This document shows, piece by piece, positions 1 to 10,861 of a DNA stretch of 64,000 nucleotides (its first letter is position 1; every line of letters begins with the position of its first letter). The position numbers and the translations under genes are program-made. The notes beneath the pieces are model-generated. The model was given only the letters and a program-made list of their open reading frames with translations. It was not told the origin of the DNA and searched no databases. This DNA comes from an uncultured Verrucomicrobiae bacterium. Lineage in GTDB: Bacteria > Verrucomicrobiota > Verrucomicrobiia > Chthoniobacterales > UBA10450. The DNA lies in assembly GCA_963735805.1 (NCBI GenBank), contig CAVTMK010000003.1, positions 320,001 through 384,000 on the forward strand. Reading direction: 5' to 3'.

Positions 1-43
1 AGGGAGTCGCCGCGGCGACCGTTCCACCTTAAGTGTAGCCAAA

Positions 44-174
44 GGTGGATCGGCTTCTCCGATCAGAGATTCGCCGTGGCGAAAGACGATGGCAAATAGG
101 TCGCCATCGGCGCAATGATCAGGCGGCAAAGCCGCGCGTCTTTTGCCAACGCGTTAGGGACAACGCGTTCCACC
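44..174. repeat. REP/REPIN-like inverted-repeat doublet (GGTGGA...TCCACC family)
   Basis: Left arm GGTGGATCGGCTTCTCC...AAGACGATGGCAAA is an imperfect inverse of right arm TTTGCCAACGCGTTAGGGACAACGCGTTCCACC; the same family recurs at 5030-5062 and 29989-30100. Confidence 0.65.
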
Positions 175-324
175 CTTAGTCGATGAAGAACTCGCGCGCT
201 CTCTTTAACACCTCCACGAGTTTCGCTTCGGTGACTTTGCCGAGTGGGTAAAGAATGATGTGGTGTCCGAGTGTGAAAAGCCGTTGCGGACGAATGTAGC
301 AAGCTGATCGATTTGCCCGCGTTC
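142..324. repeat. Direct repeat copy 1 (~183 bp) of 5030-5213
   Basis: First 100 bp identical to 5030-5129, then 6 substitutions and a 1-bp deletion by manual alignment. Confidence 0.95.
176..324 (-). pseudogene. 3' fragment of the MazF/PemK-like toxin gene, frameshifted
   Basis: Encodes CYIRPQRLFTLGHHIILYPLGKVTEAKLVEVLKRAREFFID, nearly identical to the C-terminus of 5064..5390; 1-bp deletion near 302; 5' half absent. Confidence 0.85.
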
Positions 325-344
325 CGAGGAACGGCAAAACGGCG

Positions 345-380
345 AATGAGCTGCCGGTCACCCCGGCAGCTCATTTTATT
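345..380. terminator. Perfect 13-bp hairpin, possible terminator
   Basis: AATGAGCTGCCGG-tcacc-CCGGCAGCTCATT, downstream of the minus-strand gene 459..1322. Confidence 0.5.
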
Positions 381-458
381 CTCGTTAGGTTCTATGGGTT
401 GGGCCGTTGTGTTCAAGTTGAGCGGCGCTTCCACAGTCTCTATCGGGAAATCTCACAT

Positions 459-1322
459 TCACCTACTCAAGAGCTGCGGCTCGCCGTAGATAAAGTCGTC
501 CATCATGACGATGTCATGGTTTTTATCGTCATTCGGCCCCGGCGCAACGTCGCCGGTCTTGATGCGGACTGCCGCAATACGCGCATTACCAAACACGATG
601 CCAAAGAAAGACAGGTTCCCATGGCCCGGCGAGGCCGGAACGAAGCTGGTGAATAAAACCCGGCTGTCCTTGTCCAAGTACTCGATCAAGGTGCTGCCCT
701 TGTGCGCCGCGACAGGACCGCTGCCATCTGGCTGGTCAACATCCGTGAATACCGCGCCGAAGCCTCTGACTAACGCTGGAACCGTGCCATTCGTACCAGG
801 TATAAAGAAGGAGACGTTGGTAACGTTGCTTCCCACAGGAGTGAACAACCGCGATGGGCTGAAGGTCCTGAAGGCTTTGGCATAAGTAGGATTAGCAAAG
901 AGCACAGCTAGTCCGCCCTGGGGTCCGCCCGACGGAGGAGCCTGGGACAAACCTATACCTGGTGTGGTGAACTGGCTGCCGCGGGTGTTCAGGAACACGT
1001 TGAACGGCGTTACCGGAGACGTGGTATCCAGGACGTTAGGATTGCCACCGTCCCAGTTGATCTCACGCCGACCGGCTGGAAGGGGCCCTGGGTTATTGAG
1101 GTTATTTGTATTTCCCAGGGCAGTGCGAAACGCATCGACTGAGCTCTGAATCGAGTCAGTGGTTGTTCCGGCGGCTTGGAACACGACCGGCGCAACAAAT
1201 TCCCCGGGTGGGGTTATCTGCGCCTGTGCAGTCTGGCTAACTGTAAGTAGTGCCAATAGCAACCCAAAGGCGGCTATCGCTGTCGAACGAATGTTTAAGT
1301 TGATTGTTTGTTTGGTTTGCAT
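459..1322 (-). CDS. Uncharacterised secreted protein (REINWDG ... DDFIYGEP type)
   Basis: 287-aa ORF with a signal peptide ending AQA; divergent from the ECF sigma; A/C-rich leader. Confidence 0.8.
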   Translation of the reverse strand: MQTKQTINLNIRSTAIAAFGLLLALLTVSQTAQAQITPPGEFVAPVVFQAAGTTTDSIQSSVDAFRTALGNTNNLNNPGPLPAGRREINWDGGNPNVLDTTSPVTPFNVFLNTRGSQFTTPGIGLSQAPPSGGPQGGLAVLFANPTYAKAFRTFSPSRLFTPVGSNVTNVSFFIPGTNGTVPALVRGFGAVFTDVDQPDGSGPVAAHKGSTLIEYLDKDSRVLFTSFVPASPGHGNLSFFGIVFGNARIAAVRIKTGDVAPGPNDDKNHDIVMMDDFIYGEPQLLSR

Positions 1323-1510
1323 GGTTTGTTCTTTCTTAAGGTTTGGTTTCTATTTTGGTTTTTCCGGCGTCTGTGTTTGTGCCGGTTCATGTGGTAAAGC
1401 GGAAAGCCCGCCTGAAACCCGCCACGAATGGGCAGTTTTTTTGATCGCTTCCCTGCTGCGCTGTTAAAACCCCTCGATCGTGTTAGAATTTGCGGCGTCG
1501 AGTAGCCTGT

Positions 1511-2092
1511 ATGACGACGCCCCCATCCACCCGACAAGCGGTGACCCAATTGCTCGGCGACTGGAGCGGCGGAGACGACGGAGCGCTAGAGAAGTTGTTC
1601 CCGCTGGTGCAACCCGAATTGCACCGGCTCGCCCACCATTACATGAGCCGGGAGCGCGCCGGCCATACCCTGCAAACCACCGCCATTCTTAACGAAGCTT
1701 ATCTGCGGCTGGTCGATGATACGAAGCCGGTCTGGCAAGGCCGAAGCCACTTTATCGCGGCGGCCGCGCAGTTAATGCGGCGCATCATGGTTGACCATGC
1801 CCGTGAACGCCAGTCACTCAAGCGTGGCGGCGGCGCGATGAAAGTAACCCTGGATGAAGCTGCGCTGGTAACAGAAGCGCGATCGGAGGAATTACTCGCT
1901 CTCGATGAAGCATTAGAAAGTTTGGCCGCGCAGGACCCGCGTAAAAGTCAGATTGTTGAGTTGCGCTACTTCGGCGGTTTGACCGTCGAAGAGACAGCTG
2001 AATTTCTGAAACTCTCTCACCGGACGGTGGAGCGAGAGTGGACCATGGCCAAGGCCTGGCTTTACCGGGCACTCAGCGAGGAAGAAACCTGA
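1511..2092 (+). CDS. ECF sigma factor, kinase-associated (TIGR02999-like)
   Basis: VTQLL..W..GD..A, HTLQTTA and VELRYFGGLT.EE.A motifs; stop overlaps the kinase start (TGATG); TGtTAGAAT extended -10 upstream. Confidence 0.92.
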   Translation: MTTPPSTRQAVTQLLGDWSGGDDGALEKLFPLVQPELHRLAHHYMSRERAGHTLQTTAILNEAYLRLVDDTKPVWQGRSHFIAAAAQLMRRIMVDHARERQSLKRGGGAMKVTLDEAALVTEARSEELLALDEALESLAAQDPRKSQIVELRYFGGLTVEETAEFLKLSHRTVEREWTMAKAWLYRALSEEET

Positions 2093-5013
2093 TGAAGCCT
2101 GAGCGCTGGAAACAGGTCAACGATCTTTTCCAGTCAGCGCTCGAACGTGCGTCCGGTGAACGGGCCGCATTTCTTCGTGCAGCTTGCAGCGGTGACGAAG
2201 GCTTGCGGCGGGAGGTGGAGACTTTGCTTACCTCTTATGAAAGGTCGGAGAATTTTATTGAAGTACCGGCGTTCGAAATTGCGCCCGAGTTGGTGACTAA
2301 CAACAAGGCCGGCGCACTGGTCGGAAAAGTGATTGGCCATTATCGGATCGAGTCGCTCATCGGCGTCGGCGGAATGGGCGAAGTTTACCTCGCGCGGGAC
2401 GAGCGACTCGGGCGCAAAGCCGCGCTCAAGCTTCTCCCGGATAGCCTGACGACGAATGAGACGCAGTTGAGTCGCTTCAAAAATGAGGCGCGGAATGCCT
2501 CGGCCTTAAATCATCCGAATATTCTAACGGTTTACGAAATCGGCGCGGAGGGAGACCGGCTATTCATCGCGACGGAATTTATCGAAGGTATCACCGTGCG
2601 CACATCGCTCGCGCGCGGGAGAATGAATTTGCATGCTGCGCTGGAAATTGCCGTGCAAGTGGCCTCGGCGCTGGCTGCCGCGCACGAAGCCGGTGTCGTG
2701 CATCGCGACATCAAACCGGAGAACATCATGCTGCGACCGGACGGATATGTGAAGGTGCTCGATTTCGGGATCGCCAAACTAACCGAGCCAAGACTGGAGT
2801 TGGACGATCATACAGGCGAAACAACGGCGGCGCTGCAAACACGACAAGGGTTAGTGTTAGGCACGGCGCGTTACATGTCTCCGGAACAGGCGCGCGGCCA
2901 GAAAGTGGATGCGCGCTCGGATATTTGGAGCCTGGGCGTAGTGCTCTACGAAATGGTGGCAGGAACCCCGCCGTTCCGCGGCGAAACGCCCAGCGACTGT
3001 ATTGCCTCCATCCTAACAAAGGAGCCGCCACCATTATCCGGCGCATTGGCAGATGTTCCGCCCAAACTCGAATCCATTCTGCAAAAGGCTTTGCGCAAGA
3101 ACAGTGATGAACGTTACCAGACGACCAAGGAGATGCTTGCCGACCTTCGCATTCTCAAGGGCGAACTGGAAACGGAGAGCTCCTCGCCGCAGACCAAAGC
3201 GCATGCCGACTCTTTCATCAGCAAAATCAAACGTCATAAGCGGGGTCTCTTACTCACCTTGGCGGTGGCGCTCCTCGCTGCGACAGCGGCCGCCTACTCT
3301 TTTTTCTTTATCGCCCCGACGCCGTTGCCAAATGAAAAATCCATTGCCGTTCTGCCGTTTGAAAACCTGAGTGAGGAAAAATCCAACGCTTACTTCGCCG
3401 ATGGGATTCAGGACGAGATTCTTACCCGGCTTTCAAAGATCGCGGACCTCAAAGTGATCTCGCGCACGTCCACGCAGCGTTATAAGAAGACGTCCAAAAA
3501 ACTCTCTGAGATTGCCAAGCAACTCGGTGTTGCAAACCTTTTGGAGGGTAGTGTCCAAAAAACAAATGATCAGGTGCGCGTCAATGTGCAACTGATTAGA
3601 GCCGCGAATGATTCACATCTGTGGGCAGAGACCTTTGATCGCAGTCTGACCGACATCTTTTCCGTCGAGAGCGATGTAGCAAAAGCCATTGCCGATAAGT
3701 TGCGGGCGAAGCTTACTGGTGAGGAAGAACAAATCATCGCGGCCAGACCGACAGACAACCCTGAAGCTTACGATGCCTACCTGCGTGGTCTTGCTTATAC
3801 TCTGAAAACGGGAAACTCACCCGCCAACACCCTTGCGGCACAGAAATATCTTAAAGAAGCGGTGCGCTTGGACCCGAAGTTTGCGCTTGCCTGGGCACTG
3901 CTGTCATACGTCGATGCGCTCGGCTATCTCACACTCACTCTTCAACCAACCGTCGACCTACGTGAAGAAACAGGCCAGGCAGCTGAAACAGCGCTCACTC
4001 TTCAGCCCAATCTCGGTGAGGCCGTACTGGCCAGGGGATATTACTACTATGCCTGCCTGAAAGATTACGACGCGGCTGTGCGTTACTTTGAGCAAGCACG
4101 TCAGTTTCTGCCCAATAGCAGCCAGATTCCTGAATCGCTGGCGTACGTTGCACGCCGGCGAGGTCAATGGGACCGGAGCGAGTCCTACTTCAACGAAGCT
4201 GAGCGACTCGATCCGCGCAACGTTTCATTGCTCACCCAGCACGCCCAATCCTACATGATAGTTCGTCGTTTCCCCGAGGCGCTCCGAAAGTTTGATCAAG
4301 TGCTCGACGTTACACCAGGAGATGTGGATACCCTTGCGCAGAAGGCGGGCATCGCCCAGGCGCAGGGTGACCTTCCGCGGGCGGCCGCATTACTCGCTCC
4401 GCTGCATCCGCCCGCCGATGACACCGGTGCCTTGGAAATACAAGTTTACCAGTCGATCCTGGAACGTCGCCCTGCCGGAATGATCTCTCGGCTAAAGGAA
4501 ATACTCGCCACGCCCGACCCGGCGTTGGGTTATAACAATGGCGAACTACGCTTTTGGTTAGGCTGGGCGCAAGATGTCGCAGGCGACCATGCCGGTGCCC
4601 GGGAAAGTTGGCGACAGTCGCGAGCCGAATTGGAACCGTTCCTCAAAGAACAACCGGATAACTATGTCCTCATTGGAGATCTCGCGCTCGTCAATGTGTG
4701 CCTTGGTTACAAAGCCGCGGCATTGGCGTTGTCGGAGCAGGCTATGACTGTGCTCCCGCTCGAGAAAGATGTAGTGGACGGTCCCGCGCCGATCGAGATT
4801 TTCGCAAGAGTGGCGGGACAACTGGGAGAACGTGACCGTGCCATCGACGCGTTGCAAAAACTGTTATCGATACCGTCTGAGGGCGCACTGGCTTCACGCG
4901 TGCCGCTAACTCCGGCGCTGCTTCGCCTCGATCCGATGTTCGATCCGCTCCGAAATGATCCGCGCTTCCAAAAAATCCTGGTGTCGCCTGAACCAAAGAC
5001 GGTGTTCCAGTGA
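2092..5013 (+). CDS. Membrane Ser/Thr protein kinase with TolB-like and TPR domains
   Basis: GVGGMGEVY, HRDIKPEN, DFG and YMSPEQ motifs; one TM helix; SIAVLPFENLS...VISRTS domain; TPR-like helical repeats. Confidence 0.95.
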   Translation: MKPERWKQVNDLFQSALERASGERAAFLRAACSGDEGLRREVETLLTSYERSENFIEVPAFEIAPELVTNNKAGALVGKVIGHYRIESLIGVGGMGEVYLARDERLGRKAALKLLPDSLTTNETQLSRFKNEARNASALNHPNILTVYEIGAEGDRLFIATEFIEGITVRTSLARGRMNLHAALEIAVQVASALAAAHEAGVVHRDIKPENIMLRPDGYVKVLDFGIAKLTEPRLELDDHTGETTAALQTRQGLVLGTARYMSPEQARGQKVDARSDIWSLGVVLYEMVAGTPPFRGETPSDCIASILTKEPPPLSGALADVPPKLESILQKALRKNSDERYQTTKEMLADLRILKGELETESSSPQTKAHADSFISKIKRHKRGLLLTLAVALLAATAAAYSFFFIAPTPLPNEKSIAVLPFENLSEEKSNAYFADGIQDEILTRLSKIADLKVISRTSTQRYKKTSKKLSEIAKQLGVANLLEGSVQKTNDQVRVNVQLIRAANDSHLWAETFDRSLTDIFSVESDVAKAIADKLRAKLTGEEEQIIAARPTDNPEAYDAYLRGLAYTLKTGNSPANTLAAQKYLKEAVRLDPKFALAWALLSYVDALGYLTLTLQPTVDLREETGQAAETALTLQPNLGEAVLARGYYYYACLKDYDAAVRYFEQARQFLPNSSQIPESLAYVARRRGQWDRSESYFNEAERLDPRNVSLLTQHAQSYMIVRRFPEALRKFDQVLDVTPGDVDTLAQKAGIAQAQGDLPRAAALLAPLHPPADDTGALEIQVYQSILERRPAGMISRLKEILATPDPALGYNNGELRFWLGWAQDVAGDHAGARESWRQSRAELEPFLKEQPDNYVLIGDLALVNVCLGYKAAALALSEQAMTVLPLEKDVVDGPAPIEIFARVAGQLGERDRAIDALQKLLSIPSEGALASRVPLTPALLRLDPMFDPLRNDPRFQKILVSPEPKTVFQ

Positions 5014-5029
5014 GATCGGTGCCGAGCTC

Positions 5030-5213
5030 TTTGCCAACGCGTTAGGGACAACGCGTTCCACCCTTAGTCGATGAAGAACTCGCGCGCTCTCTTTAACACC
5101 TCCACGAGTTTCGCTTCGGTGACTTTGCCAAGTGAGTGAAGAATGATGTGGTGTTCGAGTGTGAAAAGCCGTTGCGGACGAATGTAGCAAGGCTGATCGA
5201 TCTCCCCGCGTTC
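5030..5213. repeat. Direct repeat copy 2 (REP arm plus toxin 3' end)
   Basis: Matches 142-324. Confidence 0.95.
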
Positions 5214-5390
5214 ACAGTCGCTCTTATCCAGTGTAACTACGAAGCCATCAAGATGCGCGCGGCTGGTGATTTGGCAGAGAATTAGGTCGCCGCCTGGAAG
5301 ATCGGCAATCACAAACGCAGGTCGGCGCTTTTCGCTATCGCGTCGCGGAAACGGAATGACAACGATCTCGCCGGCTACAGGTTTGACCAT
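5064..5390 (-). CDS. PemK/MazF-family toxin
   Basis: GEIVVIPFP...KRRPAFVIA...LCQITS...IRPQRLFT motifs; 108 aa. Confidence 0.88.
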   Translation of the reverse strand: MVKPVAGEIVVIPFPRRDSEKRRPAFVIADLPGGDLILCQITSRAHLDGFVVTLDKSDCERGEIDQPCYIRPQRLFTLEHHIILHSLGKVTEAKLVEVLKRAREFFID

Positions 5391-5494
5391 GCTTCATCCT
5401 CTTCTGGTGAATTCCAATCTCGCACGAGAACAGATTCGCTCAGCTCCGCGCCGTTGAACGCCTCATCGACGTCATTACATTCAAGCGTGCTCAT
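5375..5494 (-). CDS. 39-aa acidic antitoxin (DUF2281-like tail), not in the ORF track
   Basis: Manual translation MSTLECNDVDEAFNGAELSESVLVRDWNSPEEDEAWSNL; overlaps the toxin start by 16 nt; the DW..PEEDEAW..L tail is typical of antitoxins upstream of this MazF subfamily. Confidence 0.8.
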   Translation of the reverse strand: MSTLECNDVDEAFNGAELSESVLVRDWNSPEEDEAWSNL

Positions 5495-5643
5495 ACTTAA
5501 TCCAGATTTGTAGCACGCAAGCATCGTTTCGGCGAGGCGTCATCTTCAACATGCCGGGCAGGTGTGCTGTTCGGAATTCTCCACGGTTGTGAAGAATTCT
5601 GTAACCATACTTCGTTTAGTCCGGTCATTTACTTCATCTGTTT

Positions 5644-5874
5644 ATGGCAATTTCGAATCGTCTCAAGTCCGTGAGGGTGTGGCTAGGTCTGCTCTCGGTT
5701 TGTAGCGCTCTCTTGAGCTCTTCGTGTTCTGACGACGGAGGTTCGTCAGCCGATTCTTCACAACATCACGGACATCATGCCGGTGGTGGCGGCGGACGTT
5801 ATGGACATGGGCAAGGCGGAATGTTCGATGGGTCGAATCCTTCCAGCTCGCCATCCACAGGACCGGGACAATAA
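5644..5874 (+). CDS. Small Gly/His/Ser-rich putative lipoprotein
   Basis: Basic N-terminus, hydrophobic core, LSSSC lipobox-like site, low-complexity tail. Confidence 0.55.
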   Translation: MAISNRLKSVRVWLGLLSVCSALLSSSCSDDGGSSADSSQHHGHHAGGGGGRYGHGQGGMFDGSNPSSSPSTGPGQ

Positions 5875-5976
5875 CACCGACGCTTTTGCCAAATTTCCGC
5901 ACCTTTTTCCAGAAGTTCCCTTCCTTTTTGCATTCCCGATGTCAAAGCTGATCCTCGCACAGCGGGGTGAGTTATC

Positions 5977-6519
5977 TTAGCGGCTGGTTCGGAACTGATC
6001 GTCCTTGTTTTTGAAAAGGATATTGAACGTCGTGAGCGATCCGTAACAGCGGGTGATATATTGTTGCAGGTCGAACTTGTCAGCATCACTTAGTTTGTCG
6101 CTCGCGTTCACCTTCTGCTCGAGGACTCGCAGGTTGTTCCGAATCATCACGATTTTGTGAAAGAATGTCTCGAGCGGCACTTCTTTCGGCTGAAGCGAAC
6201 TATCCGACGGCTGCATGACCAGGGTTCCGCGCTGCCATCGTGTGGCCAAACCTTCTACGACCACATCCTTTTGTTCCAGTCCGAGTGCCTCGACTATTGC
6301 GTGAGCGGTATCGTGGATCAGGTTCGCCAGAGGCACTTCTAACTCGCTTAGCTTAGCCGTCGCCTCTGCCGGTTGGAGATCGGCAGACGCCGGGGCAATT
6401 GTCCGCGGCACGTCCTCAAACGCGATCTCGGCGGTTTGGTCGGTCAGCGATTTCACCACCCCAACGCCGTATTGCGGATGGCGTACCTTCATGCCGATAT
6501 GGAGCGTCTCGATGTTCAT
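5977..6519 (-). CDS. Conserved hypothetical protein with N-terminal SH3/Tudor-like module
   Basis: GMKVRHPQYGVGVV N-terminus; protein-like 180-aa ORF co-oriented with its neighbours. Confidence 0.8.
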   Translation of the reverse strand: MNIETLHIGMKVRHPQYGVGVVKSLTDQTAEIAFEDVPRTIAPASADLQPAEATAKLSELEVPLANLIHDTAHAIVEALGLEQKDVVVEGLATRWQRGTLVMQPSDSSLQPKEVPLETFFHKIVMIRNNLRVLEQKVNASDKLSDADKFDLQQYITRCYGSLTTFNILFKNKDDQFRTSR

Positions 6520-6598
6520 GTTGCTCTCGAAGCCTGCGACATCGTCATCGAAAGCGCAACCATCGTCGCTATTCTGGAATCAGATTCCAAGACGGCAT

Positions 6599-7384
6599 TC
6601 AACCGCAGCAGTCTTTCGATGCGCCCTTGTCCTGGGTGCCGTATTCGTCATTGCGGCGCCACCAGACACCGGTCTCGTTTCGTCCCTTGGGCGCGCGATC
6701 GAGCCACTGATACATTCCCCATAGACCGTCCACTCCGCGCGAATACGCGGAATAAGTGTGATAAACGACGCCGTCCTCGAGCACGAACGCGCTCAGGCCC
6801 GGCCGTTCGCGCGTGTACGTCGCCGGATCGGTTCCGCTCATGGCTGCGAAAGTGGTGGCCCCCTCGCCCGCACCTTCCCACGGACCCTCGCGCTCGTAGT
6901 TGTATTCGAAGCCTCCTTCGCGTTGTTGCTCCTCTGTGAACGCGACGCTGAAGTCCGAGTTGAAGTCGCTGCCGAGCGAAGACGCCCACGGAAAGGTCCA
7001 ACGCATCCGCTTCTTGTACGCCTGCAAGTTCACGAGAGGCGCGCTCGAGACCGCCCAAAGCATTACGTCGTGATTGGCCAGGTGCACTGCGATGCCATTG
7101 AAGCCGTCCGCGATGGCTGAGCAGGACGGACACCCCGCTTTGTAATCGGGGCCAAACATGAAATGGTAGACGAGCAGCTGCGAGCGCCCCCGAAAGAGAT
7201 CAGCGAGAGACGCTTTTCCTTCGTCGGTCTCGAATCGGTAATGCTTGTCGACTCGCACCCAGGGCAGCTCCTGCCGCCGCTGCGCCAACTCATCGCCACG
7301 TCGCGTCAGTTCCTTCTCGGCTTTGAGCAGCTCCAGCCGGGCCGCAAGCCACTCTTCACGTGTTCCAGTTTTATGGTCAGTCAT
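6599..7384 (-). CDS. DUF899 thioredoxin-like protein
   Basis: REEWLAARLELL.AEKELTR, YHFMFGP, CPSCS and LDRAPKGRNE motifs. Confidence 0.92.
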   Translation of the reverse strand: MTDHKTGTREEWLAARLELLKAEKELTRRGDELAQRRQELPWVRVDKHYRFETDEGKASLADLFRGRSQLLVYHFMFGPDYKAGCPSCSAIADGFNGIAVHLANHDVMLWAVSSAPLVNLQAYKKRMRWTFPWASSLGSDFNSDFSVAFTEEQQREGGFEYNYEREGPWEGAGEGATTFAAMSGTDPATYTRERPGLSAFVLEDGVVYHTYSAYSRGVDGLWGMYQWLDRAPKGRNETGVWWRRNDEYGTQDKGASKDCCG

Positions 7385-7465
7385 CGTTTTCGCTCCTTTC
7401 AGACAAACTGTACGCGATATTCAGCAGGGCGAATTAATTTAGAGCGCGAACTCAATCCATGCAGA

Positions 7466-7885
7466 TCACCCATCAGCACGCGTAGAGGCTGACTTGATAT
7501 CGACTACCGGCGTGCCGTCGAATACCTCGATTGGCCCGATCTTCACGCGCGTGCCTTCAATCTCACGCACGGTGACGGGATGAAGCCCGAGCGGATTGGG
7601 TCGCGCAGGTGAGCGTGTATAAAACACGCCGGTAAGCGGACGGCTCGGATCGCTGCGCGGATGGTTCTTCAGCACATCACGCTTCGCTTCGTGCAACCAC
7701 GTGATGACGATCAGCTCGTCACCGGCTTCCAATCCCAGCAACGCTTCCGCAAATTGCGGTTCGACCTCGAGCCACGCGTCCGGAGCACCCTCCGTTCCCT
7801 GCCGCGGTGCGTCTTCACGGCCCTTCAACGTCGAACGAATAACACCGACCGGCTTCAGTGTGTAAGAGCTCATCTTGCCTGACAT
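7466..7885 (-). CDS. trmO: TsaA/TrmO-family SAM-binding tRNA methyltransferase
   Basis: GVFYTRSPARPNPLGL and DGTPVVDIK motifs. Confidence 0.85.
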   Translation of the reverse strand: MSGKMSSYTLKPVGVIRSTLKGREDAPRQGTEGAPDAWLEVEPQFAEALLGLEAGDELIVITWLHEAKRDVLKNHPRSDPSRPLTGVFYTRSPARPNPLGLHPVTVREIEGTRVKIGPIEVFDGTPVVDIKSASTRADG

Positions 7886-7975
7886 TGTCCCTCTGACAGC
7901 TCGCGGAACCGCCGGAAATCAGCAATCAACAATGGACTCGTGGATGTCACGTTGTCTGCAGTCCGACCAGGCAGG

Positions 7976-10024
<2,049 letters not shown>

Positions 10025-10044
10025 TCAGTCCGGCACCGGACCCT

Positions 10045-10131
10045 CGCTCCCTTCGGCGGCATTACCCGCATCAGGTTCAAGGGGTCTCCAGCTTTACACC
10101 GGACTCTCAGCCATCGCGGCTCCCCCGCACT
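10045..10131 (-). ncRNA. TPP riboswitch
   Basis: Minus strand GGGGAGCC...GGCTGAGAG...GACCCCTTGAACCTGATGCGGGTAATGCCGCCGAAGGGAG matches the THI-box core; ends approximate. Confidence 0.95.
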
Positions 10132-10227
10132 ATTGCTTCTCGGTCAGAATAGGGCTCGCGCGAACGAAGTCAACGACTGCTGCGCGCGGGTCGTTGGTGA
10201 CCAGTCACTGGATGCAACCTGACGTTG

Positions 10228-10665
10228 CTACTTCGCTGCCGTTCCCTGTTTTATGTTCGTGTGGAAAATCGCCAGCCAATCGTTCCCTTCTTTTTTCCAG
10301 ACCGACCCGGAGTTATACGTGCCGGAAGCATCCTTACCATCGAACGTACCTTCAACTTTCACCGTGTAAGTGGTCACGATCACATCTTTTTCATCAGAGA
10401 AGGCGTCGTAGTTGCCGATGGTAAACGATTTCATGTCCCACTTCTTCATGTCGGCTAATTCTTTATCCAGATTGGAGACACCGTCTTCATAGACGCAGCG
10501 GATATCCTTATCTACGACTTTCTTGAACTCATCGGCTTTCCTGTCTTTAAACGATTGCCAGGCAGCTTTTTCTTTGGCTTCGATCGCGTCCTTGTCCGGA
10601 CTGGCCATCGAAAACGCAATCGTCGCCAAGAATGCGACCATTGTGTAACTGATAAGTTTTCTCAT
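10228..10665 (-). CDS. Secreted NTF2-like (DUF4440) protein, paralog 1
   Basis: Signal peptide; KEKAAWQ.FKD and GKD.SGTYN.GSVW shared with its neighbour. Confidence 0.85.
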   Translation of the reverse strand: MRKLISYTMVAFLATIAFSMASPDKDAIEAKEKAAWQSFKDRKADEFKKVVDKDIRCVYEDGVSNLDKELADMKKWDMKSFTIGNYDAFSDEKDVIVTTYTVKVEGTFDGKDASGTYNSGSVWKKEGNDWLAIFHTNIKQGTAAK

Positions 10666-10861
10666 ATGTTCCTTTCGGTTATTGCACCGTCCAGATTACG
10701 GTTCTGCGTCACGCAAGGGCAAACTCAAAACTGCGAATTTCAGCGCTGCGGTTATTGTTTAAAGCGAAACCGACGTGGCGCCATAGCCTGGAGGCCAAAA
10801 CGAGTTAACTGAGGCTTCTGGCACAAGCGCCTTCACAATTTCGCCAATTTTGTGCTTCAGA

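Noticed and set aside
325..361. TGSSFAVLPF resembles the toxin N-terminus (AGEIVVIPF), suggesting an internal deletion
   Set aside because: Nucleotide similarity is weak and overlaps an unrelated hairpin; could be chance
63..434. 123-aa ORF similar to 4906..5190
   Set aside because: The similarity comes only from an alternative frame of the DNA direct repeat
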